Part shown: positions 19,485 to 29,201 of the stretch, in pieces
Numbering within the stretch: the stretch's first letter is position 1
Layout: the number at the start of each line of letters is the position of its first letter
Origin: a virus
Virus record (IMG/VR): IMGVR_UViG_3300028883_000044
Coordinates: 1-64,000 of that record
DNA length: 64,000 bases
Strand: one strand, 5' to 3'
Notes under the pieces: generated by a model
What the model was told of the DNA's origin: nothing
The model's input: only the letters and a program-made list of their open reading frames with translations
Database searches by the model: none
Program-made: the position numbers and the translations under genes

Positions 19485-20678
19485 TTATGCTCGTGCACCA
19501 CTGTAAATAATACATTGAGCATCATTACTCTTATAATTAAATGTTTGTGTAATATTACTATTAACATTAGCCACAAAGCTATCGCCTTGGACAGAAATGT
19601 TAGGTATGTAAATTGTTTTCAACACGGTATACGGTGCTTCGACATCACATGGGTCTATCAATTTAATTTCAAGAGAAACGCCTGAAATCGCACAACCTTT
19701 ACCGATTTCAAATTCAGTATCTCCACCATCAATAGAACCTGTTGTTAGTAATTCTATAAGTTCAGTATCTGTATCTAACACAGTGATCTGACCTTCTACT
19801 GTAGGAACTTGAGACTGATAACCAACAATACTTCTATTACCGAGTTCTTTTACAGCTTCTGGTTTTAAGTTACCATTAATTGAAACTGACTGAACTCTCA
19901 AAATATCGTTAGCACCTATCAAAATATCTACGTCCTGTCCACGAACAGCAACTGCCTGAACAGAGTCAGAAATATATGACCAGTTATCTCCAGCAGGATT
20001 AGCATGATATACAGCTACTGCTTGGCTAACTCTACTGTCCCCTGTAGTAAGGGTTGTACCAGAAACACTATATTCACCAGTAGATGGACCTGCTGACACT
20101 TCTGTCAAATAATCACCATCTAAAATAACTGAAAGTAAATAATCACCGTTCTTTAGTTGAATAGGTGTTTCGCTTAATGTAAAACTTGTTGTTCCTGATT
20201 CAAAAGTATCTACAACAATATCATTTTTGAACCACCGTCTTTGAGAACCAATAGCTACATACTCTTCTGTAGACTCACCATCAATACTATAGTTGAAAGT
20301 GAAATCCCTAATCTGTAGTTTTTTTCCATGACCTGACTTTACATAATCAGTAGCAGTAGCACTTTTGATATAAAATATTGCATCTATTTCACCAAGATTT
20401 GCTATATCAACTCCAGCACCTGGATAAGCATCCGGGTCTGTACCAGTCAATGCGGCGAATATCCTAATACCTACATCAAAACCACTGAACGTTACAGTAA
20501 TTTCTGGAATATCATTTACTGTACCTGCGTGTAGATTATTACCAAGTTCATCAACATCTGTAGAACTAACATTTGCGTCTACATTCAATCGCTGAACCCT
20601 AGAAAGGTCTACAGAACCTAGCCGGTTAACAACGGAAAGTTTTACCTCTTTCGATGGAATTGCTAATCTTTTAGCCAT
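19485..20678 (-). CDS. major tail tube protein
   Basis: position, acidic beta-rich composition, two related halves (RVQ...ELGN), downstream terminator. Confidence 0.7.
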   Translation of the reverse strand: MAKRLAIPSKEVKLSVVNRLGSVDLSRVQRLNVDANVSSTDVDELGNNLHAGTVNDIPEITVTFSGFDVGIRIFAALTGTDPDAYPGAGVDIANLGEIDAIFYIKSATATDYVKSGHGKKLQIRDFTFNYSIDGESTEEYVAIGSQRRWFKNDIVVDTFESGTTSFTLSETPIQLKNGDYLLSVILDGDYLTEVSAGPSTGEYSVSGTTLTTGDSRVSQAVAVYHANPAGDNWSYISDSVQAVAVRGQDVDILIGANDILRVQSVSINGNLKPEAVKELGNRSIVGYQSQVPTVEGQITVLDTDTELIELLTTGSIDGGDTEFEIGKGCAISGVSLEIKLIDPCDVEAPYTVLKTIYIPNISVQGDSFVANVNSNITQTFNYKSNDAQCIIYSGARA

Positions 20679-20691
20679 TTATTTAGCCTCC

Positions 20692-21141
20692 TTAACAAGA
20701 TTCATATTCTGTAGTAAAAGTAAGTTGGGCACGCCAGTAGAGCATATCATTTACATCTGGAAATACTTTTACTAAATGTAACTTTATATTATAAGGTAGA
20801 AGAACTCCTATTTTAGTTGGTGAAACTTCGGGAGGAAATCCTTCATCATAATCGTTAACTTCTACCCCTTCTTCAATATTATTTAATAATCTATATCCCA
20901 TACCATCCCGTTGTGATTTATTTTTGGCAAATATATTTATCGACCAAAACCCAGTTTTAGCACCTATGTTGTTACCCAGCTCAATTTGAAAAGTTGTAAT
21001 ATCTTCCCTTTCTATACTTATTGTCGGCAAAGAAAGAGCTTCCATTGGAAATTCATCCTGAACCGTTAATGAAGTAATATCACTAAATAAATTACTTATC
21101 CAATAATACATAGCTAAATCTTGTTTCTTCTCTAAATACAT
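20692..21141 (-). CDS. tail terminator / completion protein
   Basis: size; LPTISI and INIFAKNKSQRD pattern; position. Confidence 0.55.
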   Translation of the reverse strand: MYLEKKQDLAMYYWISNLFSDITSLTVQDEFPMEALSLPTISIEREDITTFQIELGNNIGAKTGFWSINIFAKNKSQRDGMGYRLLNNIEEGVEVNDYDEGFPPEVSPTKIGVLLPYNIKLHLVKVFPDVNDMLYWRAQLTFTTEYESC

Positions 21142-21144
21142 TTA

Positions 21145-22149
21145 TTAATATCTCCTTTTTGTTACAATACCTATACGCTTACCAAACCGTTTACTATCTC
21201 GAACAATAAGTTGCATTCTTTTATTTAAATAATCTACTTCCATGACAACATCGTTCATATTAAATTCTGCTAAACTTTTAAGAATTGTATCTAATTCAAC
21301 CAAGGCATGTTCATATTCTTTACGTAATGTCTCGGTGTATTTATTATCCCCACTAAATTCCTGTGTCCTCGCTAATTCAGTATTGATATATGTATCCATT
21401 AATCGCTGGCATTCTATTTCAGATTTTTCTACAAAATTTGTAGGCAAAGCTACAGGATAAGCTGTGCCCTCATACCCGGGCATATTCACAGAACCCTTAT
21501 CTAAAAAATACCAATATCCTGCCCCACTGTCTAACGCAAGTCTGCTATTAATTATACCAGTATACTTACCAAAATCAATTTTCTTTTTACTAACAAACTT
21601 ACCTTTACTCTTTTTAGTTTTTATAGCGGGGGCTGGTGCACCTTCTCTAGCAATTTGATAAAGTTTTTTCCAATATTCAGAACGTTGCTCTGGAGTAAAT
21701 TTATCACCCTTATTCCCATAGTGTACAGCTTCCATCCATTCTTCTGGATAGCCTGCTGTTTTATATGGTTCAACTGTTACAAATACTTTCTTCATACTAT
21801 ACTCTATAGTAAAATCAAAAGTATCTTCTTTCAATAAACAAGATTCTAATCTTCTCTGTAAAGCGTACCATTCGTATTCTTTATTTACAACAATAGCCTC
21901 TCTTAAATGCTTATCTAATATCAGAAGAAACTGTGGTAACAGTGTATCAATTGTAGAAATAGCTAAAGATTTAAAATCTTTTTCTGTCTCTTCTGTAACA
22001 GCTAAATCATGGTAAGCTAATTCCCACTCCATTTCACTAAGAGTTTCTTGTAAATCAGATACATACCTCTTAGCAGAGGGGGTTAGTCTTTGCCAATTAT
22101 TCAGCTCTGAAATCAGGTCGTTGAACATTTTCTTTTTCAATATCTCCAA
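21145..22149 (-). CDS. neck / tail completion protein (start may be internal at MFNDL)
   Basis: YWYFLDKG...PTNFV resembles neck proteins; position. Confidence 0.45.
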   Translation of the reverse strand: MEILKKKMFNDLISELNNWQRLTPSAKRYVSDLQETLSEMEWELAYHDLAVTEETEKDFKSLAISTIDTLLPQFLLILDKHLREAIVVNKEYEWYALQRRLESCLLKEDTFDFTIEYSMKKVFVTVEPYKTAGYPEEWMEAVHYGNKGDKFTPEQRSEYWKKLYQIAREGAPAPAIKTKKSKGKFVSKKKIDFGKYTGIINSRLALDSGAGYWYFLDKGSVNMPGYEGTAYPVALPTNFVEKSEIECQRLMDTYINTELARTQEFSGDNKYTETLRKEYEHALVELDTILKSLAEFNMNDVVMEVDYLNKRMQLIVRDSKRFGKRIGIVTKRRY

Positions 22150-22363
22150 ATATTAATCGAATTATCGACCTTGTATAATCATTAAAATAATCTAAAATTA
22201 ATTTTCTAACTTTAATAAAATCTTCAGAATCTTTATCTATAACATTCTCAACATCATCCAAAAGAAGGGCTTGAAACCTCTTAGTCTTTTTTCTAATGAA
22301 TGTTATTGTATCTATAGCATCGAGACCATTTATTATAATATTAGTGTCATTGAGCTTAGACAT
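22097..22363 (-). CDS. hypothetical protein
   Basis: ORF coupled to its neighbours. Confidence 0.55.
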   Translation of the reverse strand: MSKLNDTNIIINGLDAIDTITFIRKKTKRFQALLLDDVENVIDKDSEDFIKVRKLILDYFNDYTRSIIRLIFGDIEKENVQRPDFRAE

Positions 22364-22799
22364 CTTTTTTCCTCTCCTCTAAATTAATTATAATCCTATT
22401 TATAGACGGTACCCCTCTATAAATAATATTCTTTTTAGCCATTTCCTTATCATCTACTATAAAAATATCGGATATATCAACGACATTTTTATTTGTATCT
22501 GTATACTCAATTTGAACTTTACAATCACCTTCAGCTAATTGTCCCCCCGATACCCAGCCGAGTTCATCTACTTTACCCCAAGTTACATGAGCATTAACTG
22601 AATAACCGCTAACAGTTTCAATCCAGTAAGCACCTTCACAGGCAATACAAAAAGGGTCTGTAGATAAATTAGTTGTAGGGTCTAATGTACATAAAGAACA
22701 GGCGGATATAGTCGGTACATTTATGGTTATATCTCTACCTATGGCATTCCTTATATCATCAATTACTTGCTTGTAATCCTCCACCCACGTTATGCTCAT
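22356..22799 (-). CDS. head closure / stopper protein with a CxxC...CxxC insertion
   Basis: position; CSLC...CIAC. Confidence 0.5.
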   Translation of the reverse strand: MSITWVEDYKQVIDDIRNAIGRDITINVPTISACSLCTLDPTTNLSTDPFCIACEGAYWIETVSGYSVNAHVTWGKVDELGWVSGGQLAEGDCKVQIEYTDTNKNVVDISDIFIVDDKEMAKKNIIYRGVPSINRIIINLEERKKDV

Positions 22800-24018
22800 T
22801 TTCTTCTACCTCAACTTTTACTTCTTCCGTTACAGTATTTTCAAAAACTCTTGCCCATCTTTTTGCAATAGTTTTCCATGAGTATTTGGAAGATGTAAAT
22901 TTTTTATATGATTTTTCTTCCAGTTCTTTTCTGAGGTCTTTATCTGTATAAAGCATTTCCATCCCCTTTGCTACATCAGCAGGATGTACTAAACCTCCAG
23001 TAGTATTAATATTATCTTGAATAATCGCCTGTCGTGGCTCAATAAGAACCCCACAATCTCCAAATAATTCTAAACAGGAACTATGTGCTGGAACTATTTG
23101 AGCCGCTCTGGTTACTGTATGTTCCATGCTAACTAATCCCCACCCTTCTCCTACAGAAGTATTAATACCTATATCAGTTGCATTATAAATTTTATTTAGT
23201 TTCTCTACAGATTTTCGCTGAACACCGTTGGTCAAATCAGTTAAAATAAGACGATTAACTATACCATAGCGTTTAGCTAATTTTGCTACATTTATAGCGG
23301 CGTCTGTATTACCTCCATGATAATACATTTTAACATTTAAAGGTTTATCGCTGGAGAATATAGCAAAAGCTTGTAAACTTATATCTATCCTTTTACGTGG
23401 TTGATTTCTATTAGCATTTAAAACTATAAAAGAATCCTCAAAATCTTTGGCACCTTTCGGATAAATTTCTCTCTTTACTTCTAATTTATTTTCTAATGGA
23501 TAAAATATTTTCTTATCAATACCATGTGGCATTATTTCCACAACCATTTTAGGATTTGCTTTTAATACAACATCTTTAGCAAATTCTGTATAAACAAATA
23601 TCTTATCAACTATATCAAAATTAGTATACCATTCAGGATCATGATCCATTGCATCTATTGGAAAATACACAATTATTTTTGGTATACTTTTATTTTTAAA
23701 TTCTTTTAATGCAAATGTTTTTTTAATTTCTTTTAGATAAGCATTAATAACCCACGCATCATTTAATAGGAATATAAAGTCATAATCGTCTTGTAACAAT
23801 AATTCTTTTATTCTATTATAACCATATATATTTCCTTTAGAAAAAGCGGGAAATATTTTATGGGAATACTCATGTGGGTCTCCAAAATAATTAACAGCTA
23901 ACTGTGCTATTTCAAATTTTGTTTTCGGTAAATTATCTATAATACCGTGCATTACTCTGGAAAATCCCGTAGGCACTACACCATCACCTATAAAAAAACC
24001 TTTCAATTTCCTTTCCAT
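22759..24018 (-). CDS. GT4 (GT-B) glycosyltransferase embedded in the neck module
   Basis: PTGFSRV, MPHGID, NRNQPRKRID, EGWGLVSME. Confidence 0.92.
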   Translation of the reverse strand: MERKLKGFFIGDGVVPTGFSRVMHGIIDNLPKTKFEIAQLAVNYFGDPHEYSHKIFPAFSKGNIYGYNRIKELLLQDDYDFIFLLNDAWVINAYLKEIKKTFALKEFKNKSIPKIIVYFPIDAMDHDPEWYTNFDIVDKIFVYTEFAKDVVLKANPKMVVEIMPHGIDKKIFYPLENKLEVKREIYPKGAKDFEDSFIVLNANRNQPRKRIDISLQAFAIFSSDKPLNVKMYYHGGNTDAAINVAKLAKRYGIVNRLILTDLTNGVQRKSVEKLNKIYNATDIGINTSVGEGWGLVSMEHTVTRAAQIVPAHSSCLELFGDCGVLIEPRQAIIQDNINTTGGLVHPADVAKGMEMLYTDKDLRKELEEKSYKKFTSSKYSWKTIAKRWARVFENTVTEEVKVEVEENEHNVGGGLQASN

Positions 24019-24029
24019 CTTTCCTCCTT

Positions 24030-24542
24030 CTATATGTTGTCTCCATTTTCATACTTATTTTTTAAGTAACCGGGCAACGATCCTTTATAAGGTTGAGCTA
24101 ATCGTTTAGTTGGTGGTAATAATAAGTTCTCTAATTCATTAGTTAAGTTCTTTAATATTGTACTTTTAGTTCTATACTTTTCAAGATTAGAAAAAGAAAT
24201 CTCACTATCTTTCCAAGATACTGCATCCCAACTGGAATTCTCTAAAGAGCCTTCTAGTAAAATTATACAAGCCATAATCAATAAAGCTTGTTCATCTTTA
24301 TGTTCAATTACTGGTGGAGAATCAAATAAAAACAATTCAACAGAAGCTGAATTTCTAGTTACTACATAAGAATCATCTAAAATATATTTATGATTCCACC
24401 AGTTGTTTAAAGTTTTTAAAGCTGAGATTAAAGAGGCTCTTATCCATTCATCTAAATAAGAATAACTTTCTGAATTAAGGTCACCCACACGTAATCTTAC
24501 ATATGGGATTAGGTAATCTAAGTCAGAGCTTTCAGGGAACAT
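24030..24542 (-). CDS. head-tail adaptor protein
   Basis: VRLRVGD N-terminal motif; helical; position. Confidence 0.55.
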   Translation of the reverse strand: MFPESSDLDYLIPYVRLRVGDLNSESYSYLDEWIRASLISALKTLNNWWNHKYILDDSYVVTRNSASVELFLFDSPPVIEHKDEQALLIMACIILLEGSLENSSWDAVSWKDSEISFSNLEKYRTKSTILKNLTNELENLLLPPTKRLAQPYKGSLPGYLKNKYENGDNI

Positions 24543-24557
24543 TTATACCTACCTATT

Positions 24558-25088
24558 TTAATCTTCGGACTCTGCTTCCTCTTCTTCATCTGACTGAACA
24601 AAAGTAAGTCTAGCCTCTATTAAATTAATTATTTTTTCAGACTTTTCTAAGTCACGTGCTTTACTCAATACTCTAAATAAAATGGCGGTAGATGTCATTT
24701 TCTTTAATGCGTATTTGATGCTAAAGAATTTACTCATAAGTAATTCTTCTATCTCTTCATCTGTCATTATATTAAAATTCTTTTCTTTTTCTTCTTCTTC
24801 CTTTTCAACAGACCTATCGTATTCAATGATATTACCCTTTTCTAAATGGTATCTATTCATTTTTCTAAAGAAAGAATCTTCTGATTCTGACCACACATCA
24901 ACAACAATTTTATCTAGATTAATTTTGTGTGCAAAGGGATTACCTTTTAAAATTAAATCTTCTGGATTTCCTGTATATGTATTCATTACACGTACATAAA
25001 TTCGAGGTACGCATACCTTCTTATAAGATTTAAAAGGTAAGCCTACCTGCATTGCAGATACTTCATTTGCTGTTTTATTTACTACCAT
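24558..25088 (-). CDS. hypothetical protein following the capsid gene
   Basis: ORF with AGGAGG RBS. Confidence 0.6.
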   Translation of the reverse strand: MVVNKTANEVSAMQVGLPFKSYKKVCVPRIYVRVMNTYTGNPEDLILKGNPFAHKINLDKIVVDVWSESEDSFFRKMNRYHLEKGNIIEYDRSVEKEEEEKEKNFNIMTDEEIEELLMSKFFSIKYALKKMTSTAILFRVLSKARDLEKSEKIINLIEARLTFVQSDEEEEAESED

Positions 25089-25107
25089 ATACTCCTCCTT
25101 TCCTAAG

Positions 25108-25137
25108 TATAAATGGGGGATAGTTAATCTATCCCCC
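25108..25137 (-). terminator. intrinsic terminator after the major capsid gene
   Basis: GGGGGATAG-TTAAT-CTATCCCCC hairpin. Confidence 0.65.
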
Positions 25138-25153
25138 TACTTTCCTATAAAAA

Positions 25154-26062
25154 TTATGAAGTAGTAACACTCAAAACATAAACGCCCTGAGCATTATCTA
25201 TAATCATACCAAATTGCTGATAAACTTCTACCATCCACTGTGGGGGTGTAGGATTCATATCAGTCCACTGTTTCCACTTGGCATCACCGTAAGTAATAAA
25301 CTCACCAGCATTTTCACCAATAACAAGAATCTTATCTGCTGGTAAACTAATAGCATTATAATCATCAGGATTGTCATATACCTGATCTAAGAATAACAGA
25401 GGAACACCATAATACTTACCTACCTGACCACGTTCAAGAATTTCCTGAACTTGGGTAGGAATCTCAGTAACATTTGTTCCGTCTGACCAAAAACCTGCAA
25501 ACTTAGTAATAGGTGTCATAGCGGCTCTAGAGCCAACTACAAGTTTGGCACCGGGTGTAACTAAATTAATTTGGTCAATAGCATCTTCTAAAGCTGTAGC
25601 GGTAATTACTCCGCCAACATCTGTATAATTGTCCGGGGCATAAGCTTCGGTCCATACATCTGTAAGTGCTGTAAAAACTTTAGTAAGATAAAAATCTTTC
25701 AACTTAGCAAGCATTTCAGATTTAATTTCCTGAACACTTCCTATATCTCCATTTTCAATATCCCACTCATTATAAGTAACTTTTACATCAGCACCGTCAA
25801 GAATGTAATTCATTCTTTCAGATGTAGTAACCTCACTAGCTAAGTGCACAGAACCTGGTACTAAAGTTCTAACTTTAATACCTTTTCGTGTTTTCTTAAC
25901 AAGTGCGTCACCGGGCTTTAAATTTCTTGTGTTGAGCATCATTCCTATAAAGTCTGTAGTAATATGGTCTGGACCTACATACTCAACTATGAGTTCAGCA
26001 ATAGCATCCCTGTTGCCACTTTCTACAACAGATGCCATAGCTTTTTTCAGTTTTTCATCCAT
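25154..26062 (-). CDS. major capsid protein (HK97-like fold)
   Basis: 302 aa; GQVGKYYGVPL motif; strong RBS; downstream terminator; synteny. Confidence 0.75.
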   Translation of the reverse strand: MDEKLKKAMASVVESGNRDAIAELIVEYVGPDHITTDFIGMMLNTRNLKPGDALVKKTRKGIKVRTLVPGSVHLASEVTTSERMNYILDGADVKVTYNEWDIENGDIGSVQEIKSEMLAKLKDFYLTKVFTALTDVWTEAYAPDNYTDVGGVITATALEDAIDQINLVTPGAKLVVGSRAAMTPITKFAGFWSDGTNVTEIPTQVQEILERGQVGKYYGVPLLFLDQVYDNPDDYNAISLPADKILVIGENAGEFITYGDAKWKQWTDMNPTPPQWMVEVYQQFGMIIDNAQGVYVLSVTTS

Positions 26063-26079
26063 TATAGCTATATCCTCCT

Positions 26080-26643
26080 TTATAATGTTCTGAATGTCAG
26101 GGTAAAGTTTGTAGAATCAAAATATTCCACAGTACCTATAGTACCTGAAGCATCATATTGTAATTTTCCTGAATCGTCCGCACCGTCATCCTCTGTATTA
26201 CACACAGACAAGTTTGCACCTGGAGTAAGGTCTGCACTATAAACAAAGTTACCAGAAGTAACTGTAAATACACCCCTGTCTAAAGCCAAGGCTAGTTCGC
26301 CTGATGGAATAGTCTGAGGAGTACTCATATTGCCCGGATGTGTAACGTAAACATCAGTATTGAAAGGTGTTTGAGCATCTTGATCCCAGCCACCTCTTCG
26401 AAGAGCATAAGTATTTGAAGGATATGTAAGTAGTGGAGTTTGCCTATTATCTAAAGCAAATGCAGAAACAAACTTGGCTTTAGCGGCATCAGTAGAGTTT
26501 GCAGGTAATTTAATACCGGGCAAATCAGTCCTACTGCCAAAGTCATGGGAAGCACCTGCATTAGTAATAACAACCATTCTCCCTTCAACAATAGCTTCTG
26601 TAGCGACTACACCTACTATATCAGTATATTTATTGATTTCCAT
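26080..26643 (-). CDS. capsid decoration / cement protein
   Basis: lies between scaffold and MCP; beta-rich. Confidence 0.6.
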   Translation of the reverse strand: MEINKYTDIVGVVATEAIVEGRMVVITNAGASHDFGSRTDLPGIKLPANSTDAAKAKFVSAFALDNRQTPLLTYPSNTYALRRGGWDQDAQTPFNTDVYVTHPGNMSTPQTIPSGELALALDRGVFTVTSGNFVYSADLTPGANLSVCNTEDDGADDSGKLQYDASGTIGTVEYFDSTNFTLTFRTL

Positions 26644-26656
26644 CTTGGATTACTCC

Positions 26657-27721
26657 TTATTTATTTTTTTCTTCCCTAAGTAATCTTCCGATTTCTTTAG
26701 GGCTTAAAGTATCTTTAGTATTCTTAACAAAGTTTGGAACATTCAGAGAAGCACTGGATTCATTCTTCTTCGCAAACCCAACTAACTCTTGGATGAAAAA
26801 GTCAATGGAAGTATCTTCCATAGCCATAAACATATCACGTTTCTCGTCAAAATATTTATCATCCATTTCCAAACCAGCTTCTGAGAACTTATCTTTAATT
26901 GATTTAAATTTAAGTGCGTCTGCTTCCCTTGCTTCTGCTTCTGTTTTAAAGGTTTCTAATTCTACAGTTTTTTCTTGTAGTTCTTCAAACTCTTTATTCT
27001 TAGCAGTAAGCTCGGCTGTAATTCTTTCAATTTCAGAATCCTTCTCGCCAACTACTTTTTCAAAATCGGCAATAGAAGCTTTGGATTTATTTATATCTTC
27101 TTTCAGTGATTCGTACTCCCTTTCTGAAATTTCAACTGTATCCATTTTTTTATTAACCTCCGATTTATTTTTCTGAGCAAGTGCTAATACTGGAGTTCTC
27201 CCCTCGTAAGCGGGGACTCCCACAAGTGTTGCCGCATTCATTGAAACACCTCTAAGAATTTGTATTCCACTTTCTGACTCAGATTCTGTATAATTTAATT
27301 CCCATGAAATATTTAAATTATCTTTATTATTATAAAGATGTTTAAGTAAGTTAACATCTTCGGGTCTTTCACTAGCCCAAAGAGCAGCTAATCCGATAAT
27401 CTTATTACCTTCTATAGATAAATTAGTTATAACGCCTATAGGAAAAGCTTCGGCGTGCCCTTCGCTTATCTTACCTGCGGCTACTTTCAGGGGCATATTT
27501 ATCCCTGAACGAATAACATTATTGAATTCTTCTTTAGGAATCTGCTGTTTATTACCATTAGGCACATCATCTAACAATACAAACTTCATCCAACTAACAT
27601 TAGGATTAACAGTGATACCAGCTTGCGTATAGTTTTCTCCATTCTCCTTAATTAATTCTAACTGTTCTGACAGAATAATGTTAGTTTTTATAGTATCATT
27701 CACCTTTTTCGTCTTTTTCAT
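26657..27721 (-). CDS. prohead protease fused to a coiled-coil scaffold
   Basis: PNGNKQ, H..A.PIG, ISWEL, PAYEG motifs; acidic coiled-coil C-terminus. Confidence 0.75.
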   Translation of the reverse strand: MKKTKKVNDTIKTNIILSEQLELIKENGENYTQAGITVNPNVSWMKFVLLDDVPNGNKQQIPKEEFNNVIRSGINMPLKVAAGKISEGHAEAFPIGVITNLSIEGNKIIGLAALWASERPEDVNLLKHLYNNKDNLNISWELNYTESESESGIQILRGVSMNAATLVGVPAYEGRTPVLALAQKNKSEVNKKMDTVEISEREYESLKEDINKSKASIADFEKVVGEKDSEIERITAELTAKNKEFEELQEKTVELETFKTEAEAREADALKFKSIKDKFSEAGLEMDDKYFDEKRDMFMAMEDTSIDFFIQELVGFAKKNESSASLNVPNFVKNTKDTLSPKEIGRLLREEKNK

Positions 27722-29201
27722 CTACTTTCTCTCCTTCATTATTATCTGGAACATTGGAATGTGGGACTGGACTAAAAGCTTCCAATCCATTTACTTCTAT
27801 AAAGTTTTGCTCTTCTAATCGTTTATCCGCTTCCTTTGTCCAGTTATATCCAAGAACTTCTACTAAGGAATCTCTAGAGATATTGCCCTGCTCATATAGT
27901 TTTGTAAGCATTTCAAAGAAGTTTGAAAAGTCAGTTAGATTTATAGGTTTAAATCTAAACAAGGGTGCTTTAGAAAATTTATTCATATCTACTATATTAT
28001 CTATAATATCCTGAATAAAGTACTCTAACTTTTCTCTAATATTATCCATTGTTTTTATTGGAGATAACATTGCATATGAAGCATCAGAAGTGCCTGTCTT
28101 TTCTACCTCACCTGTCACAAGTATTCTAGGAAAACCAAATGCGTATAATATATCTTTATTTATACTATCATATTTACTATCACTAAGTAAAGCTTCAACA
28201 TTTGGATATACCCATTCTATATTAAGTGTATGATTACCAAAAAGTTGAAAAACTCTTTCAACATTTTTATTAGAAGAATCTCTCCATAACATTTGAGTTC
28301 GTAAATCCTCTAGTTGCTTTTCATTTTCTTCGACTAATGGAAAATCTTTATCACCTAATTTTACCAATTGAATAGCACTAATAACTCTTGAAGCTATGGA
28401 ATAATCCATCTTTCTAAGATTTCTTTTATGTTTTAAAGATTCTAACGCTGGATATAAATAAGGTATTGGATATGTTTCACTAGACATTCTACGTCTTTCT
28501 ATAACAAGTGGGTTATCTAGTAATATTTTGGTTTCCCCATTATTCACCTTTTTAACAAACTCTGGATACATTATTAATAATTGTTCATATAAATCTTTAT
28601 CAACTTCCCCTGTAGAATACTTACCTTCATTTTTAATAAAGAAAATTATTTCATCTGGTACTTCAACAAAATAACTACTCTTTGAAGATACGAAACTTCT
28701 TTTAATAGTTATTGTTGCAGAATCTCTTACCCACATATCTGTAGGTAAAGTTAAAGCAGATTTCTTTTTTATACCATAATCCCTTAACTGTTTTCCTTTA
28801 ACTGCTGTGTAATGTATCTCCGGAATAACTAAACCAGTTAGTAAGTATTCTAACGCACATTCTTCTATAAATTGTTGAATATCTCTTTTGATAGCTTCGA
28901 ATGCTCTGAATTCATTTTCCTTCATTCCATTAGAAAAGAATTCCAAATCTGTTATACCAATCTCTATTAACTTATTAACAACAGTTGAAGCTAAAGGGTC
29001 TCGTTGATAAAAGAATCTGCATAACTCTAATACTTTTTTATATTTATTTAAATCTTCTACATGGAATTTATCTACATCAGTAGAATCCCAATAGAAACCG
29101 CCCCCAGTAAAATCAGTACTAATATCCATAAAGGCGGCTTTAGCCGTTCCTAACTTTATAACACTATCTTTTTCTTTATCTATATTTTTTTCTTTTTCCA
29201 T
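27696..29201 (-). CDS. portal protein
   Basis: about 500 aa directly after TerL; ILYAFGFPRIL and ISRDSL patterns. Confidence 0.75.
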   Translation of the reverse strand: MEKEKNIDKEKDSVIKLGTAKAAFMDISTDFTGGGFYWDSTDVDKFHVEDLNKYKKVLELCRFFYQRDPLASTVVNKLIEIGITDLEFFSNGMKENEFRAFEAIKRDIQQFIEECALEYLLTGLVIPEIHYTAVKGKQLRDYGIKKKSALTLPTDMWVRDSATITIKRSFVSSKSSYFVEVPDEIIFFIKNEGKYSTGEVDKDLYEQLLIMYPEFVKKVNNGETKILLDNPLVIERRRMSSETYPIPYLYPALESLKHKRNLRKMDYSIASRVISAIQLVKLGDKDFPLVEENEKQLEDLRTQMLWRDSSNKNVERVFQLFGNHTLNIEWVYPNVEALLSDSKYDSINKDILYAFGFPRILVTGEVEKTGTSDASYAMLSPIKTMDNIREKLEYFIQDIIDNIVDMNKFSKAPLFRFKPINLTDFSNFFEMLTKLYEQGNISRDSLVEVLGYNWTKEADKRLEEQNFIEVNGLEAFSPVPHSNVPDNNEGEKVDEKDEKGE

